Counted from the first letter of the stretch, positions 21,859 to 32,201 are shown. The stretch: 64,000 nt of DNA from Candidatus Methylomirabilia bacterium (GCA_041478145.1 JBGOVO010000001.1:5702-69701); one strand, 5' to 3'. Made by a program: numbers and translations. Notes: a model not told the origin generated them from the letters alone.

Positions 21859-23330
21859 TGGAGACCCGGAGCGCGCCCCCCATCCGCACGCTGGCCATGA
21901 GGTCGGCGGCCTGGTACGGAGCCACCCGGCTCTGGGGTCAGTTGATCTCCTGGCTCGTCACGCTCCTGCTGGCCCGCCTGCTGCTGCCCCGGGACTACGG
22001 TCTGTTCGCGATGGCCCTGAGCGTTCTGTCCCTGCTGGAGCTGCTGCAGGAGTTCGGACTGGGCACGGCCCTCATCCAGCGCCAGAACCTCACGCAGGAG
22101 CAGATCAACAGTGTCTTCTGGGTCGTGGCCGGCGCGAGCCTCGTGCTCACCGCCGGGACCTTCCTGGCCGCCGGCGCGATCAGCGGCGTGTACGGTGAGC
22201 CGCAGCTCGCGTGGCCGCTGCGGATCCTGTCACTCACCTTCCTGCTGAACTCGCTCGGGATGGTCCCGTACAGCCTCATGACCAAGGCCATCAACCTGCG
22301 CCAGCGATCGCTCGCGGAGGCGTGCGCCACCACCGCCTCGGCGCTGGTCGCCCTCACGCTCGCCTCGATGGGCTGGGGCGTGGCGGCGCTGGTCCTCGGC
22401 CATCTCGCCCGGGCGGTCGTCTCCTGCGCGCTGCTGACGATCTTCTCCGGGTGGCTGCCTGGGCTCGCGGTCAGCCGGGATGGGGTGCGGGGTCTCCTCA
22501 GCTTCGGCCTGAAGGTCGCCGGGTCCCACCTCGTGGGTTCCGGCTCGACGGCGCTCGGAACCTTCGTGATGGCCCGCATGCTGAGCAGCGCCGCGGTCGG
22601 CCTCTACAGCATGGCGGAGAGCCTCACCGAGGCGCCCCATCGCCTGTCCACCGCCGTGATCAACCAGGTCTCGCTGCCCGTGTTCGCGAAGCTCCAGCAC
22701 GATCGGGAGAGCTTGGCCGCTCACTTCCTCAAGATCTCGAAGTTTCTCTGCGTCGTGTCGCTGCCCATGCAGATCGGTCTCGCCCTGGTGGCGCCCGATC
22801 TCATCCCGCTCCTGCTGTCGCCGAGCTGGTCGCCGATGACCGTGCCGTTCCAGATCCTCTGCCTACAGAGCACGATGGTGCTGTCGACGCTCACCTGCAG
22901 CCCCCTCCTTACCGCCCGGGGGCGGGCGACGCTCCTGTTCGGTCTCTCGGTCGCGTCGTTCGCCTGTCTGGTCGGAGGCGTGCTCGTGGGCAGCCTGTTC
23001 GGGCTGGTCGGCATCGCGGTCGCGCGCCTGATCACCACCCTGCCTCTGCGACTGGTGATGCTGCTGCAGACCCTGCGGGAGCTCGAGGTCACCTTCGGCA
23101 CCTTCCTCAAGACCCTGTCGGCGCCGATCGGGGCCTCGGCGGTGATGACTGCGGCCGTGCTTGCCGTCCGGCACGCCTGGATCCAGCCTGCTAGCCGCAT
23201 TGAGCTTCTTACCCTGAGCATTGCAGGGGGCGCCGTGACCTATGCGGTGGCACTCTTCTTGCTCGATCGAACCCTGGTTCCTGACCTCAAGATCATGGCT
23301 CGAGATCTGCGGGGAACCTCAAACGCATAG
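21858..23330 (+). CDS. Wzx-like oligosaccharide flippase / polysaccharide biosynthesis protein (MOP superfamily)
   Basis: About 12 TM helices. N-terminal region (WGQLISWLVTLLLARLLLPRDYGLFAMALSVLSLLELLQEFGLGTALIQ) is typical of Wzx/RfbX flippases. Confidence 0.7.
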   Translation: METRSAPPIRTLAMRSAAWYGATRLWGQLISWLVTLLLARLLLPRDYGLFAMALSVLSLLELLQEFGLGTALIQRQNLTQEQINSVFWVVAGASLVLTAGTFLAAGAISGVYGEPQLAWPLRILSLTFLLNSLGMVPYSLMTKAINLRQRSLAEACATTASALVALTLASMGWGVAALVLGHLARAVVSCALLTIFSGWLPGLAVSRDGVRGLLSFGLKVAGSHLVGSGSTALGTFVMARMLSSAAVGLYSMAESLTEAPHRLSTAVINQVSLPVFAKLQHDRESLAAHFLKISKFLCVVSLPMQIGLALVAPDLIPLLLSPSWSPMTVPFQILCLQSTMVLSTLTCSPLLTARGRATLLFGLSVASFACLVGGVLVGSLFGLVGIAVARLITTLPLRLVMLLQTLRELEVTFGTFLKTLSAPIGASAVMTAAVLAVRHAWIQPASRIELLTLSIAGGAVTYAVALFLLDRTLVPDLKIMARDLRGTSNA

Positions 23331-23333
23331 GAG

Positions 23334-23825
23334 ATGGTGGGTATCATGCTTAGTCGAATCGTTCTGGCAGGCGGCCTGCTGCTTGCGTCTCTCGTCGTCC
23401 TCGCCGTAGAGGCGAGGCCGATCGCGGCCCAGTCCAACGACCCCCTGACGAAGAACACGAAGGATCCGAAGATCATCGCCACCCAGATCAAGAGCGCCCT
23501 GCCTCTCGCGGAGCGCGGGTTCGCGATGCTCAACACCTCGATGGACCCCCAGCCGACGGAGAGCGCGGTGGAGCTGCTCCTGACGTCGTATCGCTATCTG
23601 CGCGCCGCCTACCAGAGCAACGACCTGATCCTCTCCACCTCGAAGGTGCCGGACCCGCTGCTGGAGCTCGAGAACAAGCAGATCATGTACGTCCGGCAGC
23701 GGCTGCTCGACTGCACCGGCAACCGCCAGTACCTCACCGATACGGGTCGAATCCGTACCACGTGTATCGAAGGCCTGGCCCTGGGCCTCCGCACGCTGCG
23801 GACTCTCGCCGTCACGCTGCCATGA
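23334..23825 (+). CDS. hypothetical secreted/periplasmic protein (signal peptide, no recognisable domain)
   Basis: N-terminal hydrophobic signal MLSRIVLAGGLLLASLVVLAVEA. 163 aa. It is translationally coupled to both neighbours. Confidence 0.45.
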   Translation: MVGIMLSRIVLAGGLLLASLVVLAVEARPIAAQSNDPLTKNTKDPKIIATQIKSALPLAERGFAMLNTSMDPQPTESAVELLLTSYRYLRAAYQSNDLILSTSKVPDPLLELENKQIMYVRQRLLDCTGNRQYLTDTGRIRTTCIEGLALGLRTLRTLAVTLP

Positions 23826-24979
23826 CCGCAGCGCGCCTTCGGCCGGTCGATGAGCGCCCCGTGATCGTCCATGCGGTGCACTCGCTCGCCGTGGGCGGGC
23901 TCGAGAACGGCGTCGTCAATCTCGTGAACGCCACCGAGCCCATGTTCCGGCACGTCATCGTCTGCATGACCACCGAGGGGCCAATGCGCGAGCGCCTTCG
24001 CCCCGGTGTCGAAGTGCTCGCGCTCGGCAAGCGTCCCGGCCACGACTTGCCTGCCTTCGTGCGCCTCGTGCGTACCCTCCGGCGGATACGTCCGGCGGTG
24101 GTGCACTCGAGGAACTGGGCGGCCTTCGATGCGGTGCCGGCGGCCCGTCTGGCCCGTGTCCCGTTCGTGGTCCATGGCGAGCACGGGCGCGAGATGAGTG
24201 ACCCGCATGGGCGGATGGGGCGGCGCAACCGGGCGCGGCGGACGCTCGCGCCGCTGGTGAGCCGGTTCGTGACCGTCTCCGAGGACCTGCGGCGCTGGCT
24301 GGTCGAGGTGGTGGGAGTGCCCCCGCACAAGGTCACGACCATCCAGAACGGCGTGGACCTCTCCCGCTTCGGGCATCTGGAGCGTTACCCGGCGCGCCTG
24401 CGGCTGGAGCTCTCGGGCGACTCCGTGGTGGTCGGCACCGTCGGCCGGCTCGATCCCGTGAAGGACCAAGCGGGGCTCATCCGCGCCTTCGCCACGCTGG
24501 CCCCATCTCACCCGGAGGCGGTGCTCGTCATCGCCGGAGACGGCCCGTGCCGCCCGGCTCTGACGCGGCTCATCGAGGACCTCGGGATGGCCAGCCGTGT
24601 CCACCTGCTCGGCGCCCGGCCCGACGTGCCGGCGGTCCTGGCCGCCATGGACCTGTTCGTCCTCCCGTCCATCGCCGAAGGGATCTCCAATACCATCCTC
24701 GAGGCCATGGCCAGCGGTCTGCCGGTGGTGGCGACGCGGGTCGGGGGGAACCCGGAGCTGGTCGAGCACGGAGTCGGCGGGGCGCTCGTCCCGGCCCAGG
24801 AGCCGGCGGCGCTGGCCGCCGCGATGGCCGCCTATCTCGACGAGCCCGGAATCCGCGCGCTCCACGGCAAGTCCTCGCGGCAGCGCGCGGCCGAGCGCTT
24901 CGGGCTCGAGCGCATGTGCAGCGCCTATGCCGGCCTCTACCGCGACCTGCTGGCCGGCGCCGCGGTGAGGAGCGCCTGA
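23822..24979 (+). CDS. sugar transferase, PEP-CTERM/EpsH1-associated type (GT4)
   Basis: VIVHAVHSLAVGGLENGVVNLVN N-terminus and a GT-B C-terminal motif (EAMASGLPVVATRVGGNPELV). Confidence 0.8.
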   Translation: MTAARLRPVDERPVIVHAVHSLAVGGLENGVVNLVNATEPMFRHVIVCMTTEGPMRERLRPGVEVLALGKRPGHDLPAFVRLVRTLRRIRPAVVHSRNWAAFDAVPAARLARVPFVVHGEHGREMSDPHGRMGRRNRARRTLAPLVSRFVTVSEDLRRWLVEVVGVPPHKVTTIQNGVDLSRFGHLERYPARLRLELSGDSVVVGTVGRLDPVKDQAGLIRAFATLAPSHPEAVLVIAGDGPCRPALTRLIEDLGMASRVHLLGARPDVPAVLAAMDLFVLPSIAEGISNTILEAMASGLPVVATRVGGNPELVEHGVGGALVPAQEPAALAAAMAAYLDEPGIRALHGKSSRQRAAERFGLERMCSAYAGLYRDLLAGAAVRSA

Positions 24980-24981
24980 CC

Positions 24982-26907
24982 ATGTGCGGCATCAGTGGAG
25001 TGGTGTACACGGATCGCTCGCATCCGGTGGACCGCGAGCTGGTGCGGCGGCTGACGAGCACCCTGGCCCATCGGGGCCCGGATTCCGACGGCTTCCTGTT
25101 CGACGAGGGGGCGGCGCTGGGGCACCGCCGGCTGAGCATCATCGACCTCTCGACCGGTGATCAGCCGATCTACAACGAGGACCGCAGCAAGGCGGTGGTC
25201 TTCAACGGCGAGATCTACAACTTCCGCGCGCTGCGGGCCGAGCTCGAGGGGTGCGGCCACCGGTTCGAGACCGCCTCGGACACGGAAGTGATCCTCCACG
25301 CCTGGGAGGAGTACGGCGACGGCTTCGTCTCGCGCCTGCGTGGGATGTTCGCGTTCGCGGTCTGGGACCTCCGTCATCGGCGGCTTCTGCTCGCCCGGGA
25401 CCGGGTCGGAAAGAAACCGCTCTACTACGCTCACGACGCCGAGCGGCTTCTCTTCGGGTCCGAGCTCAAGGCCATCGTTGCCGACCCGTCGGTCAAGCGG
25501 GCCATCAGCCTGGAGGCGGTGGACGAGTATCTGACGTTCGGGGCCGTCCCCGCGCCCCGCACGATCTATCAGAGCGTGCAGCAGCTGCCCCCCGCGCACT
25601 ACCTGGTCTGGGAGGCCGGACGCGTTCGCCTCGTCGAATACTGGGACCTGACCTACTCCCGGGTTCCGGCGCGGTCGGAAGCCGCGTGGCTCGAGGAGTT
25701 CGAGTCCATCTTCGAGGAGGCCGTGCGGCTGCGACTGATCAGCGACGTGCCCCTCGGCGCCTTCCTGAGCGGCGGGGTGGACTCGACCGTGGTGGTGGCG
25801 GCCATGGCACAGGCGTCCGACCGTCCCGTGGCCACCACCACGGTGACTTTCGATGAGCGCGCGTTCAACGAGGCTCCCCATGCTCGCGCCGTGGCCCGAA
25901 GCCTCGGGACCGATCATCAGGAGGTCGTGGTCGCGCCGCGCGCGGTGGACATCCTTCCCACCATTGCCTGGCATCTGGACGAGCCGTTCGCCGACTCCTC
26001 GGCGCTCCCGACCTACTATGTCGCCCGGGCCGCGCGCCAACGGGTAACGGTGGCCCTCTCCGGCGACGGCGGCGACGAGATCTTCGCCGGCTACGAGTGG
26101 CGCTACGGGCTCAACCTGCTCGAGGACCGGATCCGGCGGCGGATTCCCGGTGGGCTCCGGCGGGGGATCTTCGGGCCGCTGTCCGCGGTGTGGCCGAAGG
26201 CCGACCGGCTTCCGCGTCCGCTCCGCTGGAAATACCTTCTCCGGAACGTGAGCCTCGAGCCGGAGACCGCCTACTTCCAGGACCTGAGCCGGTTCACGCC
26301 GGCCGACAAGCGCGATCTGCTCACGCCCGACTTCCGGCGGAGCCTGCATGGCCACGATCCCTTCCAGGGCTTCCGGCGCCACTTCGACCGCGTCCGGGGG
26401 CTCGACCACCTCAACCGGATCCTCTACGTGGACCTCAAGACGTGGCTGGCGAACGACATCCTCGTCAAGGTGGACCGGATGGCGATGGCGAGCTCCCTCG
26501 AGGTGCGCTCCCCGCTGCTCGACCATCACATCATCGAGTTCGCAGCGACGCTGCCGCCCGACCTGAAGTTCCGCAACGGGAAGGCCAAGTACCTCCTCAA
26601 GCGCTATGCGGAGCGCCGGGCGCCGGCCTCCGTCATCCACCGGCCCAAGCAGGGTTTCTCGATTCCGCTCGCCGCCTGGCTCCGCACGGACCTGCGGCCG
26701 ATGGCCGAGGATCTGCTGCTCTCCGAGCGGGCGCTGGGCCGCGGCTACTTCCAGCCGGAGGTTGTGCGCGGCCTGTGGGGCCGCCACCAGGAGAGGACGC
26801 GGGACCACGCCCACCAGATGTGGGCCCTCATGATGCTCGAGCTGTGGCACCGGCTCTTCGTGGACCAGACGCCCGGCGCGGCGCCAGCGGCTCCGGAGCC
26901 CCGCTGA
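24982..26907 (+). CDS. asparagine synthetase-family amidotransferase (exosortase A-associated type)
   Basis: MCGISGVVY...HRGPDSDG...FNGEIYNF and SGGVDST, GDGGDEIFAGYEWRY motifs. The internal ATG at 24982 was chosen because the upstream part of the track ORF overlaps the preceding GT. Confidence 0.85.
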   Translation: MCGISGVVYTDRSHPVDRELVRRLTSTLAHRGPDSDGFLFDEGAALGHRRLSIIDLSTGDQPIYNEDRSKAVVFNGEIYNFRALRAELEGCGHRFETASDTEVILHAWEEYGDGFVSRLRGMFAFAVWDLRHRRLLLARDRVGKKPLYYAHDAERLLFGSELKAIVADPSVKRAISLEAVDEYLTFGAVPAPRTIYQSVQQLPPAHYLVWEAGRVRLVEYWDLTYSRVPARSEAAWLEEFESIFEEAVRLRLISDVPLGAFLSGGVDSTVVVAAMAQASDRPVATTTVTFDERAFNEAPHARAVARSLGTDHQEVVVAPRAVDILPTIAWHLDEPFADSSALPTYYVARAARQRVTVALSGDGGDEIFAGYEWRYGLNLLEDRIRRRIPGGLRRGIFGPLSAVWPKADRLPRPLRWKYLLRNVSLEPETAYFQDLSRFTPADKRDLLTPDFRRSLHGHDPFQGFRRHFDRVRGLDHLNRILYVDLKTWLANDILVKVDRMAMASSLEVRSPLLDHHIIEFAATLPPDLKFRNGKAKYLLKRYAERRAPASVIHRPKQGFSIPLAAWLRTDLRPMAEDLLLSERALGRGYFQPEVVRGLWGRHQERTRDHAHQMWALMMLELWHRLFVDQTPGAAPAAPEPR

Positions 26908-26915
26908 GACGAGCC

Positions 26916-27947
26916 ATGGCCGTCAAGATCCGTCCGGGCGACGTCGAGGCAGACCGCGCGGCCGCCATCTCGCTGCTCTCGCGCTATGTCAACCCGGCCT
27001 ACGACGGCGCCCGGTTCGACTGGCTCTACCGCGCGAATCCGGCCGGCCGCGGCCGCCTCTGGATGGCCGTGGACGGCTCCACCGGCGACCTCATCGGCAC
27101 CGCGGGCGCCTTCCCGCGCTGGCTGTCCACCGGCGGGCGCGACCTGCGCGGCTGGCTCCTCGCCGACTTCTGTATCGCGGAAGGCCACCGCGCGCTCGGT
27201 CCTGCCCTGCAACTCCAGCGAGCCTGCCTCGAGGATCTGGCCGCCGACGGCGCGGCCTTCTGGTACGACTTCCCCAGCCGGACCATGGAGGCCGTCTATC
27301 GGCGCCTCGGCGTGGCTCCGCGCGTTCAGGTCACACGGCGCGTCCGGTTGCTGCGGTCCTATGACGTGCTCCGGCAGCGCCTCGGCTCCCCGGTCCTGGC
27401 CCGAGCCCTGGGGCTCGCCGTCGACCTCGCCCTCGCCTGGGGCACACGGGCGCCTGCGTCACTGCCGGTGACGCGCCACGAGGGCCCCTGCGGCGGGGAG
27501 TTCACCGACCTTGCCCGCACTGCCGGGCCCGGGTACGGTGCCGTCGTGCGGCGGCGGGCGGAGTACCTCAATTGGCGCTATCTCGACAACCCGATCCGCC
27601 GGCATGACATCCTCGCCGCGCGCCGGGACGGCCGTCTGCTCGGCTACGCCGCGGTTACCATGGACGGGGACAGCGCATCCATCGTGGACCTGTTCGGGAT
27701 TCCAGACCCGCGCCTCATCGAGGGGCTGACCCGGGGCACCCTGGGCTGGCTCCGCCGGCGCGGCGCCGCCAGCGTGACGCTCTGGCTGCTTCCGCCCCAG
27801 GCCTGGGTCCCGGGGCTCCACCGCCTCGGGTTTCGGCCGCGCGAGACCGCGCCCGTGATGCTGGAGGCCGCGGCCTCGCCCGCCGGAGCGCCACGACTCG
27901 ACGATCCCGCCCTCTGGCTCCTCACGCATGGCGACGGGGACAGCTGA
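26916..27947 (+). CDS. GNAT-like acyl/acetyltransferase, two-lobed (hypothetical)
   Basis: About 343 aa with two GNAT-like halves. First gene of a translationally coupled run that continues into the carrier-protein module. Confidence 0.45.
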   Translation: MAVKIRPGDVEADRAAAISLLSRYVNPAYDGARFDWLYRANPAGRGRLWMAVDGSTGDLIGTAGAFPRWLSTGGRDLRGWLLADFCIAEGHRALGPALQLQRACLEDLAADGAAFWYDFPSRTMEAVYRRLGVAPRVQVTRRVRLLRSYDVLRQRLGSPVLARALGLAVDLALAWGTRAPASLPVTRHEGPCGGEFTDLARTAGPGYGAVVRRRAEYLNWRYLDNPIRRHDILAARRDGRLLGYAAVTMDGDSASIVDLFGIPDPRLIEGLTRGTLGWLRRRGAASVTLWLLPPQAWVPGLHRLGFRPRETAPVMLEAAASPAGAPRLDDPALWLLTHGDGDS

Positions 27948-27962
27948 GCCCAGGAGACCTCC

Positions 27963-28226
27963 ATGACCCTTCACCCGATCACCGTGCGGATCCGAGAATT
28001 CCTGATCGAGCACTTCCCGTCCGCGCGTAAGCACCCGCTGACCGAGGACGATCACCTGCTCGCCAACGGGATCGTCGACTCCCTCGGGGTCCTCGATCTG
28101 GTCGCGTATCTCGAGCGGGAATTCAACATCGCGGTCGGGGACGACGATCTCGTGCCCGAGCACTTCGAATCCCTTCGCCGCTTGACCGCATTCGTTCAAG
28201 ATAGGATGAGCGTCGGCTCTCGCTGA
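27963..28226 (+). CDS. acyl/peptidyl carrier protein
   Basis: 87 aa with a phosphopantetheine-attachment motif GIVDSLGVLDLVAYLE (DSL). An AGGAGA RBS lies upstream. Confidence 0.75.
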   Translation: MTLHPITVRIREFLIEHFPSARKHPLTEDDHLLANGIVDSLGVLDLVAYLEREFNIAVGDDDLVPEHFESLRRLTAFVQDRMSVGSR

Positions 28227-28238
28227 CGGGAGGAGGAT

Positions 28239-29804
28239 ATGGATTTCCTGATCCACCACATGCTCCAGGCGAGCGCGCGCCGCCATTCCGCGAAGGAAGC
28301 GCTCGTCCATGCCGAGGAGCGCCTGGCCTACGATGACGTGGCGCGGCGGGTCTCCGGCCTCGCCACCGGCCTCCGCGAGGCCGGGCTCGAGCGAGGCGAC
28401 CGCATCGGCATCTATCTGGACGCGTCGGTGCCGCAGGTGCTCTCCATCTTCGGCGTCTCCCAGGCGGGCGGGGTCTACGTGCCCGTGAACGGGCTGCTCT
28501 TCCCCGATCAGGTGGCCTTCATCGCTCGGGACTGCGGGATGAAGGGGCTCATCACCACCCCCGAGAAACTGGCCCCGCTCGCGCAGGCCTTGAAAGAGGT
28601 CCCGTCTCTCGAGTTCGTCGTCCTCGTGGGCGGCTTCGGCCTCGTGGACAGCCCGCTCGCCGTCCACGATTTCGAGGCCTGCTGCGCGCTCCCGCCGCCC
28701 TCGCCGTGGCGCGAGCAGGCCATCGAGAAGGATCTGGCCGCCATCCTGTACACGTCGGGCTCCACCGGGAAGCCGAAGGGCGTCATGCTGAGCCACGCGC
28801 AGGTCATGGCCGGCAGCTCCATCGTGTCCGCCTATCTCCGGATCACCGAGGCGGATCGGATCCTCGCGGTGCTGCCCTTCAGCTTCGACGCCGGCATGAA
28901 CCAGCTCATGACGGCCTTCCAGCAAGGGGCGACGCTCATCCTGATCAACTTCGTCTTCGCCCGTGAGGTCGTCCGGACGCTGCTCCGCGAGCGGGTCACG
29001 GGCCTCGCCGGCGTGCCCACGTTCTGGAGCCTCCTCGCGCAGCCCACCTCGGGCCTGCAGAAGCAGCCGCTGCCCGACCTGCGCTACCTCACCAACACGG
29101 GCGGAGCGATGCCCCAGACCGTGCTGGCGACGCTTCGGTCCCTCCTGCCCTCCACCGACATCTTTCTCATGTACGGTCTCACGGAGGCCTTTCGCTCGAC
29201 GTATCTCCCGCCCGAGGAGCTCGCCTACCGGCCCACGTCCATCGGCAAGGCGATCCCGGACACCGAGATCCTGGTGATCAACGAGCACGGCGGCCTCTGC
29301 AAGCCGGGAGAGGTCGGCGAGCTGGTCCACCGGGGCCCCACCGTGTCCCTCGGGTATTGGGGTCATCCGGAGCTGACGGCCAAGGTGCTCCGGCCGAACC
29401 CGCTGCTGCCGCCCGAGCTCGCCGACGTGGTCTGCTACTCGGGCGACTACGTGAAGATGGACGAGGAGGGGTATCTGTACTTCGTCGGGCGGCGCGACGC
29501 AATGATCAAGTCGTCCGGCTTCCGTATCAGCCCGACCGAGGTCGAGGAAGTCCTGTTCCGCAGCGGCCGGCTCAAGGGCGCCGCCGTCATCGGGCTGCCC
29601 GACGAGGTGCTCGGGCAATCGATCAAGGCGCTCGTGGTGGTCCGGGACGGCGAGCCGCTGGACCCGGCCCAGCTGCGCGAGTTCTGCGCCGCCAACATGC
29701 CGCGCCACATGGTGCCCAAGGTCATCGAGGTGCTGGACGACCTGCCGAAGACCCCGAGCGGCAAGGTGGACTATCCTGCCCTTCGCCGGCGTGAAGGGCT
29801 CTAG
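28239..29804 (+). CDS. acyl-CoA/AMP-forming ligase (adenylation enzyme), exosortase A-associated type
   Basis: LYTSGSTGKPKGVMLSH adenylation box, plus YGLTE and GDYVKMDEEGYLYFVGRRDAMIKSSGFRISPTEVE motifs. A strong RBS GGGAGGAGG lies upstream. Confidence 0.85.
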   Translation: MDFLIHHMLQASARRHSAKEALVHAEERLAYDDVARRVSGLATGLREAGLERGDRIGIYLDASVPQVLSIFGVSQAGGVYVPVNGLLFPDQVAFIARDCGMKGLITTPEKLAPLAQALKEVPSLEFVVLVGGFGLVDSPLAVHDFEACCALPPPSPWREQAIEKDLAAILYTSGSTGKPKGVMLSHAQVMAGSSIVSAYLRITEADRILAVLPFSFDAGMNQLMTAFQQGATLILINFVFAREVVRTLLRERVTGLAGVPTFWSLLAQPTSGLQKQPLPDLRYLTNTGGAMPQTVLATLRSLLPSTDIFLMYGLTEAFRSTYLPPEELAYRPTSIGKAIPDTEILVINEHGGLCKPGEVGELVHRGPTVSLGYWGHPELTAKVLRPNPLLPPELADVVCYSGDYVKMDEEGYLYFVGRRDAMIKSSGFRISPTEVEEVLFRSGRLKGAAVIGLPDEVLGQSIKALVVVRDGEPLDPAQLREFCAANMPRHMVPKVIEVLDDLPKTPSGKVDYPALRRREGL

Positions 29805-31128
29805 AGGCGTCGCGGTGGGTGCCGTGGCCGCCCTGGTCGACCGCAACTTCCCCGGGTCGGGGCGCGAGCTCCTCGTGGGCGGCTGCCCGGTCACCGAGCT
29901 CGCCGGGCGCCACGGCACCCCGCTCTACGTCTACGACACCGCCACCATCGATCGGCAGCTCGCGCGGCTGCGCGGCAGTCTGCCGCCCGGATTCTCGGTC
30001 TACTACTCCGTCAAGGCCAACCCGAGCCGCGCGCTGCTGCGCCATTTCCTCGCGCGGGGATGCGGGCTCGAGGTGGCCTCCGCGGGAGAGCTCGGCGGGG
30101 CGCTGGCCGCCGGCTGCCCGGCCGACCGCATCTTCTTCGCCGGCCCCGGCAAGACGGAGGCCGAGCTCGAGGAGGCCGTGGTCCAGGGCGTCGGCGAGAT
30201 CCACGTGGAGTCGCTCACCGAGGCCCGGCGGATCGGCGCTATCGCGCGTCGGCACGGCACCCGCGCCCGCGCAGCCCTCCGGGTGAACCCCGGTGCGGAG
30301 GCCCAGGGCGGCGCCATGCGCATGGGTGGCAAGCCCGCGCCCTTCGGCGTGGACGAAGAGCGGATCGAGGAAGCGCTGGATCTGCTGGAAGGCGATGCCG
30401 CCATCGACCTGCAAGGCCTGCATCTCTTCACGGGCACGCAGATCCTCGACCATGCCATCGTGGTCGCCCAGTACCGACACGGTCTCCAGCTCGCCCGGCG
30501 GGTGGCGGCCCGCCTGGGCCGACCACTCCACACGCTCGATTTCGGCGGAGGCTTCGGGATCCCGTACTTCGCCAACGAGACCGAGCTCGACATGGACAAG
30601 CTTCGAGAGGAGCTGCGCGCGCTCCTCGCCGCCGTCGAGGGCGACCCGCTCTTCCACGGCACCCGGTTCGTGGTCGAGCCCGGGCGCTACCTCGTCGGGG
30701 AGGCCGGGATCTTCGTCACGCGGATCACCGACATCAAGGTCTCGCGGGGCAAGACATTCCTGATCACGGACGGCGGGATGAACAATCATCTCGCCGCGTC
30801 GGGGAACCTCGGCCAGGTCATCAAGCGCAACTATCCGATCGCCATCGCCGGTCGCCTCGCTGAGGATCAGGCCGCTGCCGTGGATGTCGTGGGCCCTCTC
30901 TGCACCCCCCTCGATACCCTTGCGCGCGATGTCAGTCTCCCGCCCGCGGACATCGGCGACCTGGTCGTGATCTTCCAGTCCGGCGCATACGGTCTCACCG
31001 CGAGCCCGGTGATGTTCCTCGGCCATCCGGTGCCCGCGGAGGTGCTCGTCACCGACGGCCGGTCCGAGGTCGTTCGCGCCCGCACGCCGTCGTCCGGGAC
31101 GCTTGCGTCTGACAGGATGGGAACGTGA
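29791..31128 (+). CDS. PLP-dependent decarboxylase, Orn/DAP/Arg decarboxylase family 2 (diaminopimelate decarboxylase-like), exosortase A-associated type
   Basis: TPLYVYD...YSVKANP motif with the PLP lysine, and an alanine-racemase-like TIM barrel plus C-terminal beta domain. Start uncertain (GTG 29791, overlaps the ligase stop). Confidence 0.8.
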   Translation: MKGSRGVAVGAVAALVDRNFPGSGRELLVGGCPVTELAGRHGTPLYVYDTATIDRQLARLRGSLPPGFSVYYSVKANPSRALLRHFLARGCGLEVASAGELGGALAAGCPADRIFFAGPGKTEAELEEAVVQGVGEIHVESLTEARRIGAIARRHGTRARAALRVNPGAEAQGGAMRMGGKPAPFGVDEERIEEALDLLEGDAAIDLQGLHLFTGTQILDHAIVVAQYRHGLQLARRVAARLGRPLHTLDFGGGFGIPYFANETELDMDKLREELRALLAAVEGDPLFHGTRFVVEPGRYLVGEAGIFVTRITDIKVSRGKTFLITDGGMNNHLAASGNLGQVIKRNYPIAIAGRLAEDQAAAVDVVGPLCTPLDTLARDVSLPPADIGDLVVIFQSGAYGLTASPVMFLGHPVPAEVLVTDGRSEVVRARTPSSGTLASDRMGT

Positions 31129-32201
31129 CCTGGACGCTCCACTCGGCAGCCGAGGCCTTCGAGGGGCACCGGGAGACCTGGGATGCGCTGAACCGGGCGA
31201 ACGGGAATCACGTCCTGCTGGACTCGGGGTTCGTCGCCATCCTTCTCCGTCATTTCGGTCACGCGGGGGTGAAGCTCGCCGTGTCCGAGCATCCGGAACG
31301 GCCGGGCCTGGCCCTGCTCGAAAGGACCCGCGGCGGCTTCTGGCGGACATTTCAGCCCTCGCAGGCGCCGCTCGGCCTGATTCTGTTCGGCTCCCGCCAG
31401 GACATCTTCGGCCAGATCCAGCGGCTCATTCGCGCCCTGCCCGGGTACGCGCTGGGCCTGGCCGTGCTGCAACAGGATCCGGACTTCACCTGCTTCGGAG
31501 ACCTCGCTCCGAGGCCAGATCTGGAAACCCTCGACTACATCCGGACGGCCCGGCTGACCCTGACCGGCTCCTTCGATGACTACTGGAGCTCTCGCGACCG
31601 GCGCTGGTCTCGCGACCTCGCGCGGCAGCGGCGCCGCCTGGTCGAACGCGGGGCCCGCCTCGAGCTCCAAATCACCCGTGAGCCGGAGGAGGTCGGCGCC
31701 GCCATCCGCGACTACGGGGTCCTGGAGGCTGCGGGCTGGAAGGCGAAGCACGGTACGGCCATCGCGCCCGAGAACGCCCAGGGGCAGTTCTACCGGGAGG
31801 CCCTCGAGTACTTCTGCGCCCGAAATGAAGGCGTCATCTACCGGCTGCGCCTCGAAGGGCAGACGGTGGCCGCCAACCTGTCCATCGAGCGCGACACGAT
31901 GCTGATCGTCCTCAAGATCACCTACGACGAGAGCATCCCGACCCTGTCGCCGGGACATTTCCTCGAGGCGGAGATGCTGCGCGCGGTGTTCGCGGAGGGG
32001 CGCATCAAGGTCGAGGAGTACTACGGCCCCTTCAAGGACTGGCAGGCCCGCTGGACCGACGAGATCCGGACCATGCACCACCTGAACTTCTACCGGTCCG
32101 CGGCGGCGGCGAGGGTTCGTCAGCTCCTGAAGACGGCCGCCGGCGGCGTGCGTGATCTCCGGCGCCGGATCGCCGGGCGAGGAGCCAGGGAGCAGCCGTG
32201 A
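31125..32201 (+). CDS. CelD/BioF2-like GNAT-fold acyltransferase (FemAB-related)
   Basis: About 358 aa. GTG start overlaps the upstream TGA. C-terminal GNAT-like region (LEAAGWKAKHGTAIAPENAQGQFYRE). Confidence 0.5.
   Translation: MTWTLHSAAEAFEGHRETWDALNRANGNHVLLDSGFVAILLRHFGHAGVKLAVSEHPERPGLALLERTRGGFWRTFQPSQAPLGLILFGSRQDIFGQIQRLIRALPGYALGLAVLQQDPDFTCFGDLAPRPDLETLDYIRTARLTLTGSFDDYWSSRDRRWSRDLARQRRRLVERGARLELQITREPEEVGAAIRDYGVLEAAGWKAKHGTAIAPENAQGQFYREALEYFCARNEGVIYRLRLEGQTVAANLSIERDTMLIVLKITYDESIPTLSPGHFLEAEMLRAVFAEGRIKVEEYYGPFKDWQARWTDEIRTMHHLNFYRSAAAARVRQLLKTAAGGVRDLRRRIAGRGAREQP

Noticed and set aside
21858-23330. Considered whether this multi-TM protein could be the exosortase (XrtA/EpsH).
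   Set aside because: The topology and N-terminal motifs fit a Wzx/MOP flippase. No exosortase-like 8-TM protein with conserved Cys/Arg motifs, and no PEP-CTERM-tailed protein, was seen anywhere in the window.
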